Shown: one piece after another, positions 1-12,436 of the stretch
Numbering within the stretch: the stretch's first letter is position 1
Layout: the number at the start of each line of letters is the position of its first letter
From: Mobula hypostoma
Lineage: Eukaryota
Length of the DNA: 64,000 nt
Assembly: GCF_963921235.1 (NCBI RefSeq)
Contig: NC_086109.1
Coordinates: 12,152,001-12,216,000, forward strand
Direction of reading: 5' to 3'
The notes under the pieces: generated by a model
Seen by the model: only the letters and a program-made list of their open reading frames with translations
Database searches by the model: none
Told to the model about the DNA's origin: nothing
Translations under genes and position numbers: made by a program

Positions 1-648
1 CAGATCTTGGTTTATTTGGATCTTTAAATTTTGAAGTAAAAGCTCTGTGTGTTCTTTCTATAATAAGTGGCTGTGATAATATGGTAGGAAATAAAGTATG
101 AAAAAGCTTACCAAAATAAGCAGTTAAATCTCCATCTTCAGCTCCTTCTTGCAGCCCAACAATTCATACCTTCCTTCAGCAAGACCTAGTTTCCAGGTCT
201 ATAATCTTATTTAGATATCTTTCCAAATGAGTTGTAGCTTCAAACAATTTTTGCTTAGTTATCTTCAGTTCCTCTATGTAATAACTTGAGTTTCCAAGTC
301 TTAAGTGTTCCCAAAAATGACTTCATTTCATTACTGTTCTTTTCCAGTTGGTCCTTAATTGACCTATTCAGATCATTTATTGAATTCAGTGTCCAACCAG
401 CATCTTCAGCCCATGGTGGCATTTCATCAGATCATTCCTTTGGCATCTTTCCTTTCCAATTACCTTTGTCACTAGGTTCAGACAAGTTCTTCCCACTCCT
501 CGTAGACATAAACAGACATATTGTTCCCCCTCAAGAATCAGCAAATAAAAATTTTAAATTCGAAGTTTAAACTAGGAGGAGAGAGCCAAAACTAAGAGCA
601 GCACAAGATTGCTGCTACTCCATTTGCAGACAGGCACGGTCTGTCTCA
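1..648 (-). mobile_element. L1 LINE 5' end with decayed ORF1 (L1-B), runs off the left edge
   Basis: Minus-strand translation gives KIIDLETRSC*RKV*IVGLQEGAEDGDLTAYFGKLF...IIERTHRAF, matching the L1 ORF1 DLENRSRRNNIRIVGLPEG...IERAHR motif; contains stops. Confidence 0.8.
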
Positions 649-1018
649 AAAAGGGAAGAGGAGCTCCCAGTAAAGAGGCCAAAGAGAATCCTTTCACCAA
701 GTTTACCTCTAGATCCAACCATGAAGGACATTTATGTATATCTGAATAGTGAATCCAAAAAGTAATATATCAAATATTAATTGCCTAATAGTACATTCTA
801 AAGTTAGGCAAAGCCATACCACCATCCCTTAATTTCTGCAATAAGTGTTTACTCACTCTAGGATTTTTATAGTTCCCAATACAAGATAAAATTTTAGAAC
901 CTATTCTGCTGAGGAACTTTTTAGGAACAAAAGGAGGAACTGCCTGAAATATATATAAAAATTTAAGTAGAACTATTTTAATAGCATTAATTCAACCTAT
1001 TAATGATAATGTCATAGA
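649..1018 (-). mobile_element. L1-A ORF2 post-RT segment (distal piece of the L1 at 7156..10462)
   Basis: Minus strand reads LSLIG*INAIK...QAVPPFVPKKF...KLRDGGMALPNFRMYY*AINI...SLASLLGAPLP, the region that follows RT in L1 ORF2. Confidence 0.75.
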
Positions 1019-1243
1019 GGAAGGAGGGACCATCGACTCAGACCACGAGGGGCTTGCGTCAGGCATTTTCATGCCTTACAAGGTGTAGCTTGGAAGTCTG
1101 TGTGGGAAACCACTCCTCGCACAGATTAGGGCAATGTGTGATTAAGTGCCTTGCCCAAGAGCACAAACACGCTGCCACAGCCGAGGATCGAACTAGCAAC
1201 CTTGCGTTAACTAGACGGACGCCTTAACCACTTGGCCACGTGC
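1019..1243 (-). mobile_element. tRNA-derived SINE
   Basis: Minus-strand head GCACGTGGCCAAGTGGTTAAGG...AGTTCGATC (A/B boxes), then CTTGGGCAAGGCACTTAA; same head as the SINE at 27776..28090. Confidence 0.75.
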
Positions 1244-1436
1244 ATAAATACCTCCAGACACCAGGGCGTGGCTGCTGGATTGTTCTTGTCCTTGCATCCC
1301 TTCCCCATCTTCTGTTTCCTCGCCGGTAACTCTCGCCTCGCCTGAGGTCTTGTCTTGGAGCCACCCTGTATCTATGTCCTTTCCTGTCCCTTGCCTCCGT
1401 CGGGTAAGTCAGGCCAGATTGCCATTACTCTGTGGG
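1244..1436 (-). mobile_element. Left piece of a solo-LTR-like element that hosts the Gypsy insertion
   Basis: Shares CATAAATACC and the ~55-60 bp GGCCTGACTTACCC..GGAGGCAAGG unit (reverse complement) with elements at 48000..49534 and 53904..55352; continues at 6741. Confidence 0.65.
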
Positions 1437-1831
1437 TGTTGCACGGGGAGACTCAGGAGAACCCAAGTGCAGGACACCGGCACGTCGACTGAGTTGGGGA
1501 TGCTGGCGTAGACATGAACGTAGAACAGCAAACCGGAGGAATCTTGACAAGGAGACGGGATCCACAGGGACTATCTTGAAACGAGAGAAGAACTTGGAAC
1601 TAAACTTAAAACTGACAGTTCCTAGTGGATGAGAGAACGAAGTATCACACAAGAATAGACCAACAAACTGGCGACCTGTGTAGTGACGCCATCGTACTTA
1701 TTTCAGTCTCTGATGCAAACCAGGTGTACTGTAATTAAGTAACTAGCTGCAATTTGAAATCTAATGGCTGTAATTAGGGCATAATCGGAGAAAGGAGCAT
1801 TAAAGGGGAACAACCAAATGCAACCATGACA
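1437..1831 (-). repeat. 3' LTR of the Gypsy element
   Basis: TGTTGCACG...CATGACA termini; direct repeat of 6337..6735 with roughly 10% divergence by eye. Confidence 0.9.
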
Positions 1832-1856
1832 GTACACCCCACCCCCCCCCCCCCTC
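1832..1856 (-). other. Polypurine tract
   Basis: Minus-strand G-run (plus-strand C-run at 1837..1854) then TGTAC, immediately before the 3' LTR start TGTCATG. Confidence 0.85.
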
Positions 1857-4800
1857 AAAGGGAGCCTCCTGGCGATGCCCCAGGCTTGTCTGGATGGTCC
1901 CGATGGAAACCCCGGATGACAGAAGGGTCCAGAATGTAGGAGCGGGGAATCCAGGAATGTTCCTCCGCGCCGTACCCCTCAGTCAACCAGGTACTGGAGA
2001 CCCCTGCCCCGACGGCGGACATCCAATAACCGCCGGACGGTGTACTCCAGATGGTCGTCGATGATCGGGGGGAGGGGGGTGGAGGGGGTTCGGTCGGAGG
2101 GCACAAGGGACTGACAGAAACTGGTTTTAACTGGGAGAGGTGAAATGTAGGATGGATCCGCATAGACGTAGGTAGTTTGAGCCGGACTGCCGTGGGGTTG
2201 ATAATGCTCTCAACCTCGAAAGGTCCCAGAAAGCGGGGAGCGAGCTTCTTGGGCTGGTTCTTCAGAGGAATGTCTCTAGACGACAGGTACACCATCTGCC
2301 CAGGTCGATACTCAGGAGCAGGGTTACATGATGGCGGTCGGCAATTTTCCGGTTCTGGTTGGCTGAGCGAAGCAGGGCCGTGCGTGTCTCTTCCCAGATT
2401 TGTTGGCACCTGTGTATATGGGCCTGGACTGGCGGCAGCGCAATCTCTTCTTCCTGGGCGGGAAACAGCGGGGGTTGATGACCAAGAGAGCATTCAAAAG
2501 GAGATTTTCCGGTCGCGGTGCTGACCAGAGTTGTGGGCTATTCTACCCATGCGAGATGGTTGCTCCAGGTAGACGGGTTGTTGGCTGTTATACAACGTAA
2601 CGCCGCCTCCAACTCCTGATTGACCCGCTCCGTTTGCCCGTTGGTCTGTGGGTGAAACCCGGACGATAGGCTAACTGAGGCACCAAGGGCTAGGCAAAAA
2701 GATCTCCAAACTTGCGAAATGAATTGAGGTCCCCGGTCGGAGACAATATCCGAAGGGATTCCGTGAAGTCGGAAAACGTGGGTGACGAGAAGGTCTGCGG
2801 TCTCCTGCGCGGAAGGGAGTTTAGGGAGGGCTACGAAATGCACCGACTTGGAGAAACGGTCCACCACAGTTAGTACGGCAGTGTTTCCACGTGAAGGGGG
2901 TAGCCCGGTGACGAAATCCACAGCGATGTGTGACCAGGGACAGGCAAGGGACGAAGCAATCCCGCAGGTGGCGGATGGGAAGCTTTTCCACGGGCGCAGA
3001 CGGAACATGCAGAGACATAGGAACGGGTATCAGCGTCCATGGAGGGCCACCAGAAATGTCTCTTCAGAAGAGTCGGAGTCCGATCGATTCAGGGGTGGCA
3101 GGCGAAACGAGAAGTGGCCCCACATGAGAACCTGCGATCGGACAGAATCAGGTACAAAGAGGCGACTGGGAGGCCCGATGCTTGGGTCAGGTTGAATCCG
3201 TTGGGCCTCTGACTCTGGACTTGATCTCCCAGGTGAGGGCAGCCACTACACAGGATGATGGAAGGATGGTCTCGGGGTTGGGAAGGCCCTCCTCGGAAAC
3301 GTATTGACGGGAGAGAGCATCGGGCTTCCCGTTCTTGGACCTCGGACGATAGGTGAGGGTAAACCTGAACCGGCCAAAAACTAATGCCAAACGGGCCTGG
3401 CAAGAATTCAGGCGTTTGGCGGTCTGGATATATTCAAGGTTCTTATGGTCCGTCCAGACGATGAACGGGTGTTCCGCCCCCTCCAACCAGTGTCTCCATT
3501 CTTCCACCGTCAGTTTGACCGCCAGTAGCTCCCGGTTCCCCACGTCGTAATTTCGTTCAGAGGGAGACAGTCGGCAAGAGAAGGCGGCACAGGGATGTAG
3601 TTTCTGATCCGGGTCTGTACGTTGGGACAGTACCGCTCCCACCCCGGAGTCGAAGGCGTCAACCTCCAGAATGAATTGACAGGAGGGGTCGGATTGAATC
3701 AGTACGGGAGCAGACGTGAAACGCTTCTTTAGTTCCACGAATGCTGAGTCCGCCTCGGAGTTCTAAAGGAAAGGTGCGGCAGGTGAGGATAGTCGGGTCA
3801 GGGGAGCCACCACCTGACTGTAGTTTCTGATGAACCGGCGATAGAAGTTCGCAAACCCCAGGAACCGTTGGAGTTGCTTGCGGTCCGTGGGTTTGGGCCA
3901 CTCCGCCACAGCCCGGATCTTCTCGGGATCAGCTCTCACCTGTCCGCTCTCGATGATTATAACCTAGGAAGATGATCGAGGGGACCTGGAATTCGCACTT
4001 CTCCGCCTTTACGGACAATTTATTCTCCCCTAGCCTCTGCAGGACTTAACGGACATGATGAATGTGTTGCTGGGGTCTGCTGGAAAAGATTAGGATGTCA
4101 TCCAGATAGACAAACACAAAGCGGTTAATAAAGTTTCTTAGTACATCGTTAATCAAGGCTTGAAAAACTGCGGGGGCATTGGTGAGGCCAAAAGGCATGA
4201 CCAAGTTCTCGAAGTGGCCTAAAGGGGTATTGAATGCCGTCTTCCAGTCGTCCCACTCACTTATTCGGACGAGATGATAGGCTCTTCGTAGGTCCAACTT
4301 CAAGATGGCGGCTCTGTGAAGTGGTTCGAACGCAGAACTTATCAGAGGCAGTGGGTACTTGTTCTTTATGGTTATATGATTTAGGCCTCGGTAGTCTATG
4401 CAGGGACGTAGTGAACCATCCTTCTTCCCCATGAAGAACCCTGCGCCCACCGGGGAGGATAAGGGTCGGATGATGCCCACCACGAGAGATTCACTGATGT
4501 AATACTCCATTGCTACCCTCTGGCCGGGAGGTCCTGACGAAGGGTCTCGGCCTGAAATGTCGACTGTACCTCTTCCTAGAGATGCTGCCTGGCCTGCTGC
4601 GTTCACCAGCAACTTGCATGTGTTGCTTGAATTTCCAGCATCTGCAGTATTCCTGTTGTTCAAGTTATACAGCCGACTGGTGGGTAGAGGAGCTCCGGGG
4701 AGAAGATCAATAGCACAATCGTATGGTCGGTGTGGAGGCAGGGAAAGGGCGCGTTGTTTACTAAAGACGTGTCCCAGGTCGTGGTACTCCGCTGGAACCC

Positions 4801-5281
4801 TGGACAAGTCAGGGGGTTCAACGGCAGGTGAGATCGAGGTGGTTTTTACAGGGGAAAGGGCCGACTGCAGACAAGTGGCGTGACAAAACGGACTCCAGCT
4901 GGTCATCTTCCCGGGGGAAGGGTTATGGCGGCTTAACCAGGGTTACCCAAGAACTATTGGAGCTTGAGGAGAGGAGATCAAGTTAAATTGTACCTGTTCC
5001 CGATGGTTCCCAGAGAGAATCAAAGGCAGTGGTGGGGTACAGTGAGTGACTCGGGCCAGAAGTCTTCCGTCCAGTGCCCGGGCTTCCAGAGGGGTGCTCA
5101 ACGGCTCCCGAGGAATTCCGGCCTGGGAAGCTCCATCTTCATCCAACAGATTCCCCTCAGCACTGGAGTCTATCAAGACAGACAAGGACAGGGACTGTTG
5201 GTTGTAGCTTAGTGGCTTAGACTTGCATCCGGGATTGGGTGACAGAAGGGAATGTGGTCTGGCTCATCAGGAACCCCCTTT
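1855..5281 (-). pseudogene. Gypsy pol (protease-RT-RNaseH-integrase-chromodomain), fragmented
   Basis: ORF pieces 4943..5185 (protease), 4046..4906 ([13 protein letters not shown]), 3187..3738 (RNaseH), 2538..3008 (integrase core), 1855..2493 (GPF/chromo). Confidence 0.9.
4531..4660 (+). mobile_element. Penelope-like terminal fragment with hammerhead motif, inserted in Gypsy pol
   Basis: GTC-CTGACGA-AGGGTCTCGGCCT-GAAA-TGTC-GACTG followed by AGATGCTGCCTGGCCTGCTG; interrupts the expected LYNL/SRPERVAME of pol. Confidence 0.85.
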
Positions 5282-6320
5282 CTACTGGTGAGCCCTCCCT
5301 TTTGGCCGAAGGGGACAGGTGTCACGAAAATGGCCAGACTGACCGCAATAGAAACAATCCCCTGCTCTTAATCTCCGGAGCCGCTTGGAGAGAGAAAGAC
5401 GGCTCCGTCCCAGCTCTATTGTTTCCTCTCCCGGGGTGGTGGAAACGGCCGGGCCGGATGCTATTTTGGGAGTGGGAGGAGGAGAAGAGAGGTTTGGGCT
5501 GGGAGTAAATGGTAAAGCGTGCCGTGGGGTGGCCAAAGGAGTAGGACAACCGGTTCTTTCTCCCTCCCTCGTTCTCGGAGTTGGTTGTCCAGCCAGGTGG
5601 CTAGGGAGATCAACGAATCCAGGCTGTTAGTGTCATCCCTAGCCACCAACTCGTCCTTTACCTTGTCAGAGTCCTTGCCGGAATACCTCCTGGAGTGCTT
5701 CATCATTCCAGCCCGAGTCGGCCGCTAGCGTCCGGAACTCCACGGACTATTCTCCAACACTACATGAGACTTGATGGAGGGTGAGTAGCCGCTTAGCGGC
5801 ATCTTTACCGCTGCCGGGATCGTCAAAAATCTTCCTTATTTCTGAGATGAAGGTGGGGAAGGAAGAGCAGGTCTCTGGCTGATTATCCCAAATCGCGGTG
5901 ACCCACGCTAAGGCACTTCCTCGTAACAACCCCATAATATAAGCCATTTTAGATCTGTCCGTGGCGTACGTGGATGGCTGCTGCTCGAGCACCAGGGAGC
6001 ATTGTAGCAGAAAAGCCCGGCACTTCCTCAGATCTCCGGCGTAGGGTTCTGGTTCAGGGACGTGTGACTCTCTTAGCGACGTGTTGTTGACACCCTCGGG
6101 CGTCGCCACCAGACTGTCTGGGCTGGTCAGACGGAATTCCGGGAGTCGACGGGGTAAGATGGGTGGATACTCGATCGACCTGTTCACTGACCTTTCTTAC
6201 GTCTACTAACAGGGAACGGAGGTTTTCCATAACTTCCTGAAGCAGCCGATTGTACGAGCCCAGTAGGGAGCCCTGGCTGGCCAGGGCTTGTTGCAGAGGA
6301 TTCGTGTCCGCTGGGTTCAT
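5282..6320 (-). pseudogene. Gypsy gag, fragmented
   Basis: EPEPYAGDLRKCRAFLLQC capsid-like region (5747..6187) and CFYCGQSGHFRDTC zinc knuckle (5282..5536); start ATGAACCCAGCG just after the PBS. Confidence 0.9.
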
Positions 6321-6336
6321 GTTGGCCAGTTTGTTC

Positions 6337-6735
6337 TGTTGCACGGGGCGACTGAGGAGAACCCAAGTGCAGGACACCGGTACGTCAACTGAGTTGGGGA
6401 TGCTGGCGTAGACGTGAACGTAGAACAGCAAACCGGAGGAATCTTGACAAGGAGATGGAATCTACAGGGACTATCTTCAAACTAGAGCAGAACTTGGAAC
6501 TAAACTTAGAACTAACGGTTCTAAGCGGACGAGAAAACCAAGCATCACACAAGAATAGACCAACAAACTGGTGACCTGTGTAGTGACGCCATCATGCTTA
6601 TTTCACAGTCTCTGATGCAAACCAGGTGCACTGTAATTAAGTAACCAGCAGCAATTGGAAATCTAATGGCTGTAATTAGGGCATAATCAGGGAGAAAGGA
6701 GCGTTAAAGGGGAACAACCAAACGGAACAATCATA
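6337..6735 (-). repeat. 5' LTR of the Gypsy element
   Basis: Direct repeat of 1437..1831; adjacent to the PBS region and gag start. Confidence 0.9.
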
Positions 6736-6740
6736 GCGGG

Positions 6741-7155
6741 TGGTTCTGTCCCTTGTCTCCGTCGGGTAACTCAGGTCAGATTGCCACTAGTCTGCGTGGG
6801 TTCTGTCCCTTGCCTCCATCGGGTGGAGTACCGCGCCCTGCCCAGGAGGAGCTGCAAGACCTCAAGTCTCTCGCCTCAAGCCTGAAGACTCCAGCCTCAT
6901 CCTGCCTGCCAGCCAAGTCTCGGCCTTGCCTAGTTCTGGGGTCCGAAACAGAGGCAAGACCCAGGTATTGGGTCCTTGTCCAGCCTCTGGCTCGGAGGCG
7001 AAGCCCGGGCTCCTAGCTCTCTGGTCCAGTCCTGTTCAGGGTTCCCGGTTTTCGTGTCCATGTCCTAGCCCTCACCCTGTATCCTAGTCCTGTCCCTAGT
7101 ACTTCAGTGTCTGTGTCTTGCACTTGGGTCCGTTCCCAGACACCACGGTATGAGA
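6741..7155 (-). mobile_element. Right piece of the host solo-LTR-like element
   Basis: Reverse complement matches GGACCCAA..GCAAGACACAGACACTGAAGTACTA at ~48026..48060; ends TATGAGA (degenerate ATGACA). Confidence 0.7.
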
Positions 7156-10100
7156 AATTGATGATTTGGATCCAAGTAATTATTAATGGGAAATAACTCA
7201 CTTTTATGTAAATTTAATTTCTACCCAGAAAAACTACTGAATTCAGAAAATATAGATAACATAGAAGGAACAGATCTCCTAGGATCCGAAATATAAACTA
7301 ACAGGTCATCTCCATACAACGAGACCTTGTGTACTTTGTCCCCTCTCTTAATACCCTGAACAGTGTTAGAATCTCTAAGAGCAATAGCAAGGGATTCTAA
7401 GGCCAGGTTAAATAATAAAGGGCTAAGACGGCATACCTGTTGAGTACCCCTATGTAATCTAAAATAGGAAGTTTTTTGATTATTAGTTATAACAGCAGTC
7501 ATAGGAGCATGATAAATCAATTTGACCTAGGAACTAAATCCCGGACCAAGATTAAATCTTTCCAAACCTGAAATAAGTAAGACCACTCCACCCTATCAAA
7601 AGCTTTCTCTGCATCAAGAGAAACAACACATTCAGATTCTTTAGCTGGAGAAGAGTGAATAATATTTAATAATCTTCGACTATTAAAATGTGAATATTTA
7701 CTTTTAATAAATCCAGTTTGGTCATTAGAAATAACAATAGGTAAAATATTCTCAAGTCTATTAGCCAAAATCTTAGAGAATTTTGAAAATCACATTCAAT
7801 CGAGAAATTGGTCTCTATAAGAGGCGCATTCTGATAAATCTTTATCTTTTTTAGGAATTAAAGAGATTAAAGCTTCATAGAAAGTTTTCGGGAGAGTCCC
7901 AGAGGATACAGAGTCAGTGAAATTTGACATAAATAAGGTATCAGTGTATCAGTAAAAGTCTTATAAAATTCCAGTGTATATCGATCCGCTCCCGGAGCCT
8001 TAGCTGATTAGATATAGCCTTTGCTATTTCCTCTTGTTTAATAGGTGCATCTAATGTATTCATATCTTGAATAGAGATTTTAGGTATATTCACTTATTAT
8101 TAATATTATCAGAGAATTCCAAAGTTAGTTTCATAGGTGTGATCTGACATCGCAATCACATCATAGGCACACACAACAACAGAGGGCACGAATCGTGTAG
8201 CCAAAAAAAAAAATCAATTCTTGAATATTTATGGTGTACATGCAGGGAAAAAAAGAAAAACCTTTTTCTTTAGAAAATTTAAATCTCCAAATGTCGACCA
8301 TACCGTATTCCAATAAAAAAGAATTAATACAAGTCGCAGCTTTATTAGGAAGTGACAGATTGGTGGATGATCTGTCAATCAACGGGTTAAGACAACATTT
8401 AAGGTCACCGCCCATAATCAACTTATTTTCGTTTAAATTCGGCAATACAGAAAGTAACTTCTTAAAAAAAATCAGGGCTGTCGATATTAGGTACATATAC
8501 ACATACCAGAGCCACCTTTTGACCACACAACAAACCAGTAACAATTAAATATCTTCCAATTAAATCAGTAACAGTATTAAAATGTACAAAAGGGATTTTA
8601 GAATTAATAAAAAATAAATACCCTTCTTATTTTATTTACTGATAAAGAATGAAATAAGTGTCCCTTCCAAAATTTAATAAAGCGATTTTCATCTTGTCTA
8701 CGGATATGTCAACTGCGCAGAAATGGTATCTGCATGAAGTGTTTTAAATTTCTTAAAAATCTTTCTGCACTTAATAGGGTGGTTTATACCATTTAAATTC
8801 CAAGATATTATGTTGATTTTATTAAGATCCATGTTTAGAATTTAATTTAAAAATTTTATAAAGTAATCTAACACGCAGTCGCAGCCTAAATTGGAAGAAA
8901 GGGCGAAGCTTGACTCGATGAGAAAGAAAAGCAAGATGATTGACAAAGAAAAATCCCTCAGGACTGCCCAGTCAAAAAAACCCTAACATATTAAACCCAC
9001 CCACCTCTCCCAAAAGCCCAGAAATCGTCCAATAGGCGAACGACATGCTAACCTATTGACCATTAATCCGTCTCCAGTTGGCAGCTCCATTTACAAAAAG
9101 TTACCACCACCAAAAAGACATAACAAAGAATACATAAAGAGATAAACAAATTCCAAATATTTTCATATTATATCTAACAGTAGTTAAGACCGAATTAACA
9201 ACGGCCATCTTAAATCCATTTAATATTCGCAGCCATGTATTAAAAAAGGATAAATCCGACGACTAATATATACTACAAATAATATTAAAGACTTACAATT
9301 TAAAGAAAAAATAATTAAATATATGTGTGAAATTCAGAACTACATTAACTGTTAAAGCAAACAACAACAGATCTAAGTAAGTTAACCAAGTCTGTATCTG
9401 AATATTGATGAAACGAAGAGCGGATTTCGTTCAACGGCGTTACAAACCACTCCCAGCTGAGGATCAACTTTTCAAATTGCTGACGAAGTGGACTTAAACT
9501 CTCTTATAAATTTCCAACATTTTCTGGAGATTCAATCCATTTTGGACGAGCATTGTGTGGAGTAATCATCAGATGTGCTGGGTCATGCAATGATGGGCGA
9601 CAGCTCATTTTAAATAATTCTGCCATTACTTCCCGATATTTAATTCTTTTGGCAAAAATCTCTGGGGCAAAATCTTCCACTATATGAATCTGAACTTCAT
9701 TATAGATTAGCTTATCCCTTTTCCTTGCATTCCAAAGAATAGCTTCTTTGGTTGCAAAATAATGCAAACAGACAATTACAAGACGTGGTTTAAATCGGCA
9801 GGTGATTTAAAACGCCGAATTCGGTGGGCTCTGTCCAATATCGGACAGGCTGTCGAAAAAACTTTAATGATTCACCGGTGTCCATATTTTTAGGCAAACC
9901 CAATATACGTAGATTCATCCTGCGATTTCTGCTTTCCAAATCAATTGTTTTCTTCTTAATTCTTGATAATTCCGAAGTATTCTCATTAATTTTCTTTTCC
10001 ATAAAAGACATCTTCAAATCCTGTTCCTTGATAAATTGATCCATTAATTCAAATTCCCTTTCAATTCTGTGAGTACTCTGCTTAAGCATCTGATATCGAT

Positions 10101-10462
10101 CTTCCAAATTCTTCAAAAACTCCTAAATAGCGATGATGGTTTTTTCAAACAATTCTTTAGCTTTCACCAATTTATTCATTTTCGTATCCAGCGTACCAAT
10201 CTTCACATTACTAGCTTCGATTAAAGAGAGCATTCTTTCTGAAGTAGAAACTTCCTCTGATTTCTCTGTTTGTTGAGGCTCAGGAAGAGTTTTGCCACCC
10301 CGTTATTCGGTTCCAGTCATTGTAATTAAATCGTAAAATCCTTCAACAAATACAATAAATCTTCAAACTTGAAACGGATCTAGCAGTGGAATGTAAATTG
10401 TGAAAGATGGAGCTGAGACAAAAAAAATCTTACTCCATACACTGCCAAATGGAGACTCTTCC
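7156..10462 (-). mobile_element. L1-A LINE: 5'UTR, ORF1, spacer, ORF2 EN-RT (decayed)
   Basis: ORF1 DLESRNRRMNLRILGLP (9790..10116); ORF2 starts MDLNKINIISWNLNG (ATG 8832); RT motifs SLDAEKAFDRVEW and SLYGDDLL. Confidence 0.9.
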
Positions 10463-10892
10463 CAATGCATTCTTGTCTTTCTGATAATGTAGTGACCACA
10501 AATAACCGCAGTGTTCAAGCCATGGGCATAACCACACTGCCCCTATATCCTTGGAATCTACAAATCAAGGAAGCTGTTTTGTCTGCCTTTCTAGTCACCT
10601 TATCTACATATTAAGTCACACTCAATGATCAGTGATCAAACTCAACATGGTCCCCATGATCCTCACATTCCTCAATATCCTTGTATTTGCTTATCCATTA
10701 ATGCACTGCTGGTGGGATTGAGATACCTCTCCACCAGAGGAAGTGTAAGAAGCTCCTTACCTCTGGTACCCTGTGGAGGTCACCCCTGGGCAAGGTGTAG
10801 CACCTGCTCAGTAACCCTCAGTCAGGGTCACGTGAAGCCATGGGAGAAGGTGGTAGATGGTCATATCAGCAGCTGCTGCATATCATAAATCC

Positions 10893-10935
10893 AGAGAGAG
10901 AGAGAGAGAGAGATTGAGATTGAGATTGAGAGATT
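10893..10935. repeat. (AG)n plus (GAGATT)n microsatellite
   Basis: Directly visible; a second (AG)n at 11108..11132. Confidence 0.9.
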
Positions 10936-11299
10936 ATCTGCCTCATTGCTTCAGTAGCTTCACACAGAAGAGAGTCAATCACCTGTAGCTTGTCCCCTGC
11001 CTGACCAATGAAGCTCAGGGCCAAGATCAGCTGTTTTTACTCTCTGCTGGGTGTCACTTCGGTGGTCTGAGACTTGCTGTCACGATGTTTGGATATGGCC
11101 GAAGTGCAGAGAGAGAGAGAGAGAGAGAGAGACTGAAGCAGGTTGATAGTTCACAGACTTCAACGCAAACAGGATTTGAAGGGAAATGAAAACAATAAAC
11201 ATGAGGCCAAGCAGCGCCATTTACTGAAACTCTCAAATGGAAAACGAGGTGCCAACTCTGCGGCTGAAAGGAATATCTAAATATAAAACGAATATTGCT

Positions 11300-12436
11300 C
11301 GTCTCTAGCATCAGTCAACTGAATACTCCACTTACTCAAGCAAGGCCCACCAAACCCTGGACATGCTTATACGTAGACTGCACAGGTCCATTGGATAGTC
11401 GGATGCTATTGGTAGACGTTGATACACATTCTAAATGGAATGATGCCAAAACGGTGATGACATGGATCAGGCACAACAATAAACATTTTATGCTTACTAT
11501 TAGGTACACATAGAATCCTCGATACTGTGGTCTATGATAATGGTCCCACATTTACAAGTGAGGAATTCAAACCATTTTTTACAGGACAATGGAATTTGAT
11601 TGCAACTTTGTCCCCCCTCCCCCCGTCACCCATCATCAAACGGTATGACTGAGAGAGCTGTTCAGACTGTCAAGCAGGGGATACAAAAGTTGAATGGGGA
11701 CATACACACCAGGATCAACAGTTTTTTTCAGGTGCATGATAACTCCAGAAACCACCAGAGGTTTCATCTGAGCTATTGATGGGCCACAGGTTGCATTCCC
11801 AATTGGATTTACTGCGCCTTCAGCTGGAAAACTGAGTAAGACACAGACAACAGAAAGAAAGTGCGGTACGATTCAAAAACAGAACATTGGAACTTTGAAG
11901 CAGGAGAGCCAGTTTATGCTCACCCAAATCCTGAGAGCTGAATGTGGATGAAAGGAGAAGTCATGGTGAAAGAGGGCCAGTAGGTTACTTCAGCACTTCA
12001 GGATGGTAGTGTATGCCATCGACATCTAGACCACATCAAGAAACAGAAAGTATATCCCTTATTGCCGAACAAGCTGGTGAACAAGATGATTTAGCCCCAA
12101 CAGGTTAACTCCACAACCTATTAAAGTGGAATTTCCATTTAAAAGCACCAAATCCGGACCAACACTCAATCCTGGAGTTTCTGGATTACGTTGATCAGAA
12201 CGGACCAGAAAACCAGTGAAATATTATCAAGCTGGTTTCCCCTAAAAAACTTACAGGTGGGGAGGTGTCCTATCTACTGAGTTACTGTTTATTGGTCTGT
12301 CATGAGAAATCACAGGATTGGTCAATTTCGTCAGCTTGTCCATCTATCAATTAAAGTTTGACCTACTGATTCTGTGCTTGTGAATGTGTTCATTGTTTCT
12401 CGGCGACTATGAATCAAGCAGACTTATTCTGCAACA
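11300..12436 (+). mobile_element. Second Gypsy-family relic: integrase, PPT and short 3' LTR
   Basis: KPWTCLYVDCTGP...DVDTHSKW and DNGPTFTSEEF-type integrase motifs; AGGTGGGGAGG then TGTCC (12266) ... GCAACA (12436). Confidence 0.65.

Larger units (their letters stand above)
1437..6735 (-). mobile_element. Full-length decayed Ty3/Gypsy LTR retrotransposon, sushi/chromovirus type
   Basis: Two LTRs, PPT, gag with CCHC knuckle, protease LIDSSA, RT YLDD, RNaseH, integrase GPF and chromodomain ([18 protein letters not shown]). 5-bp TSD GTGGG (1432-1436) / GCGGG (6736-6740). Many frameshifts. Confidence 0.95.

Noticed and set aside
5282-6431. Gypsy gag/pol resembling domesticated RTL1/PEG10-like genes
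   Set aside because: Flanked by two LTRs with PPT and TSD, and broken by many frameshifts; an ordinary decayed retrotransposon.
9504-10116. L1TD1-like ORFs
   Set aside because: They are ORF1 of a decayed L1, with adjacent ORF2 and in-frame stops.
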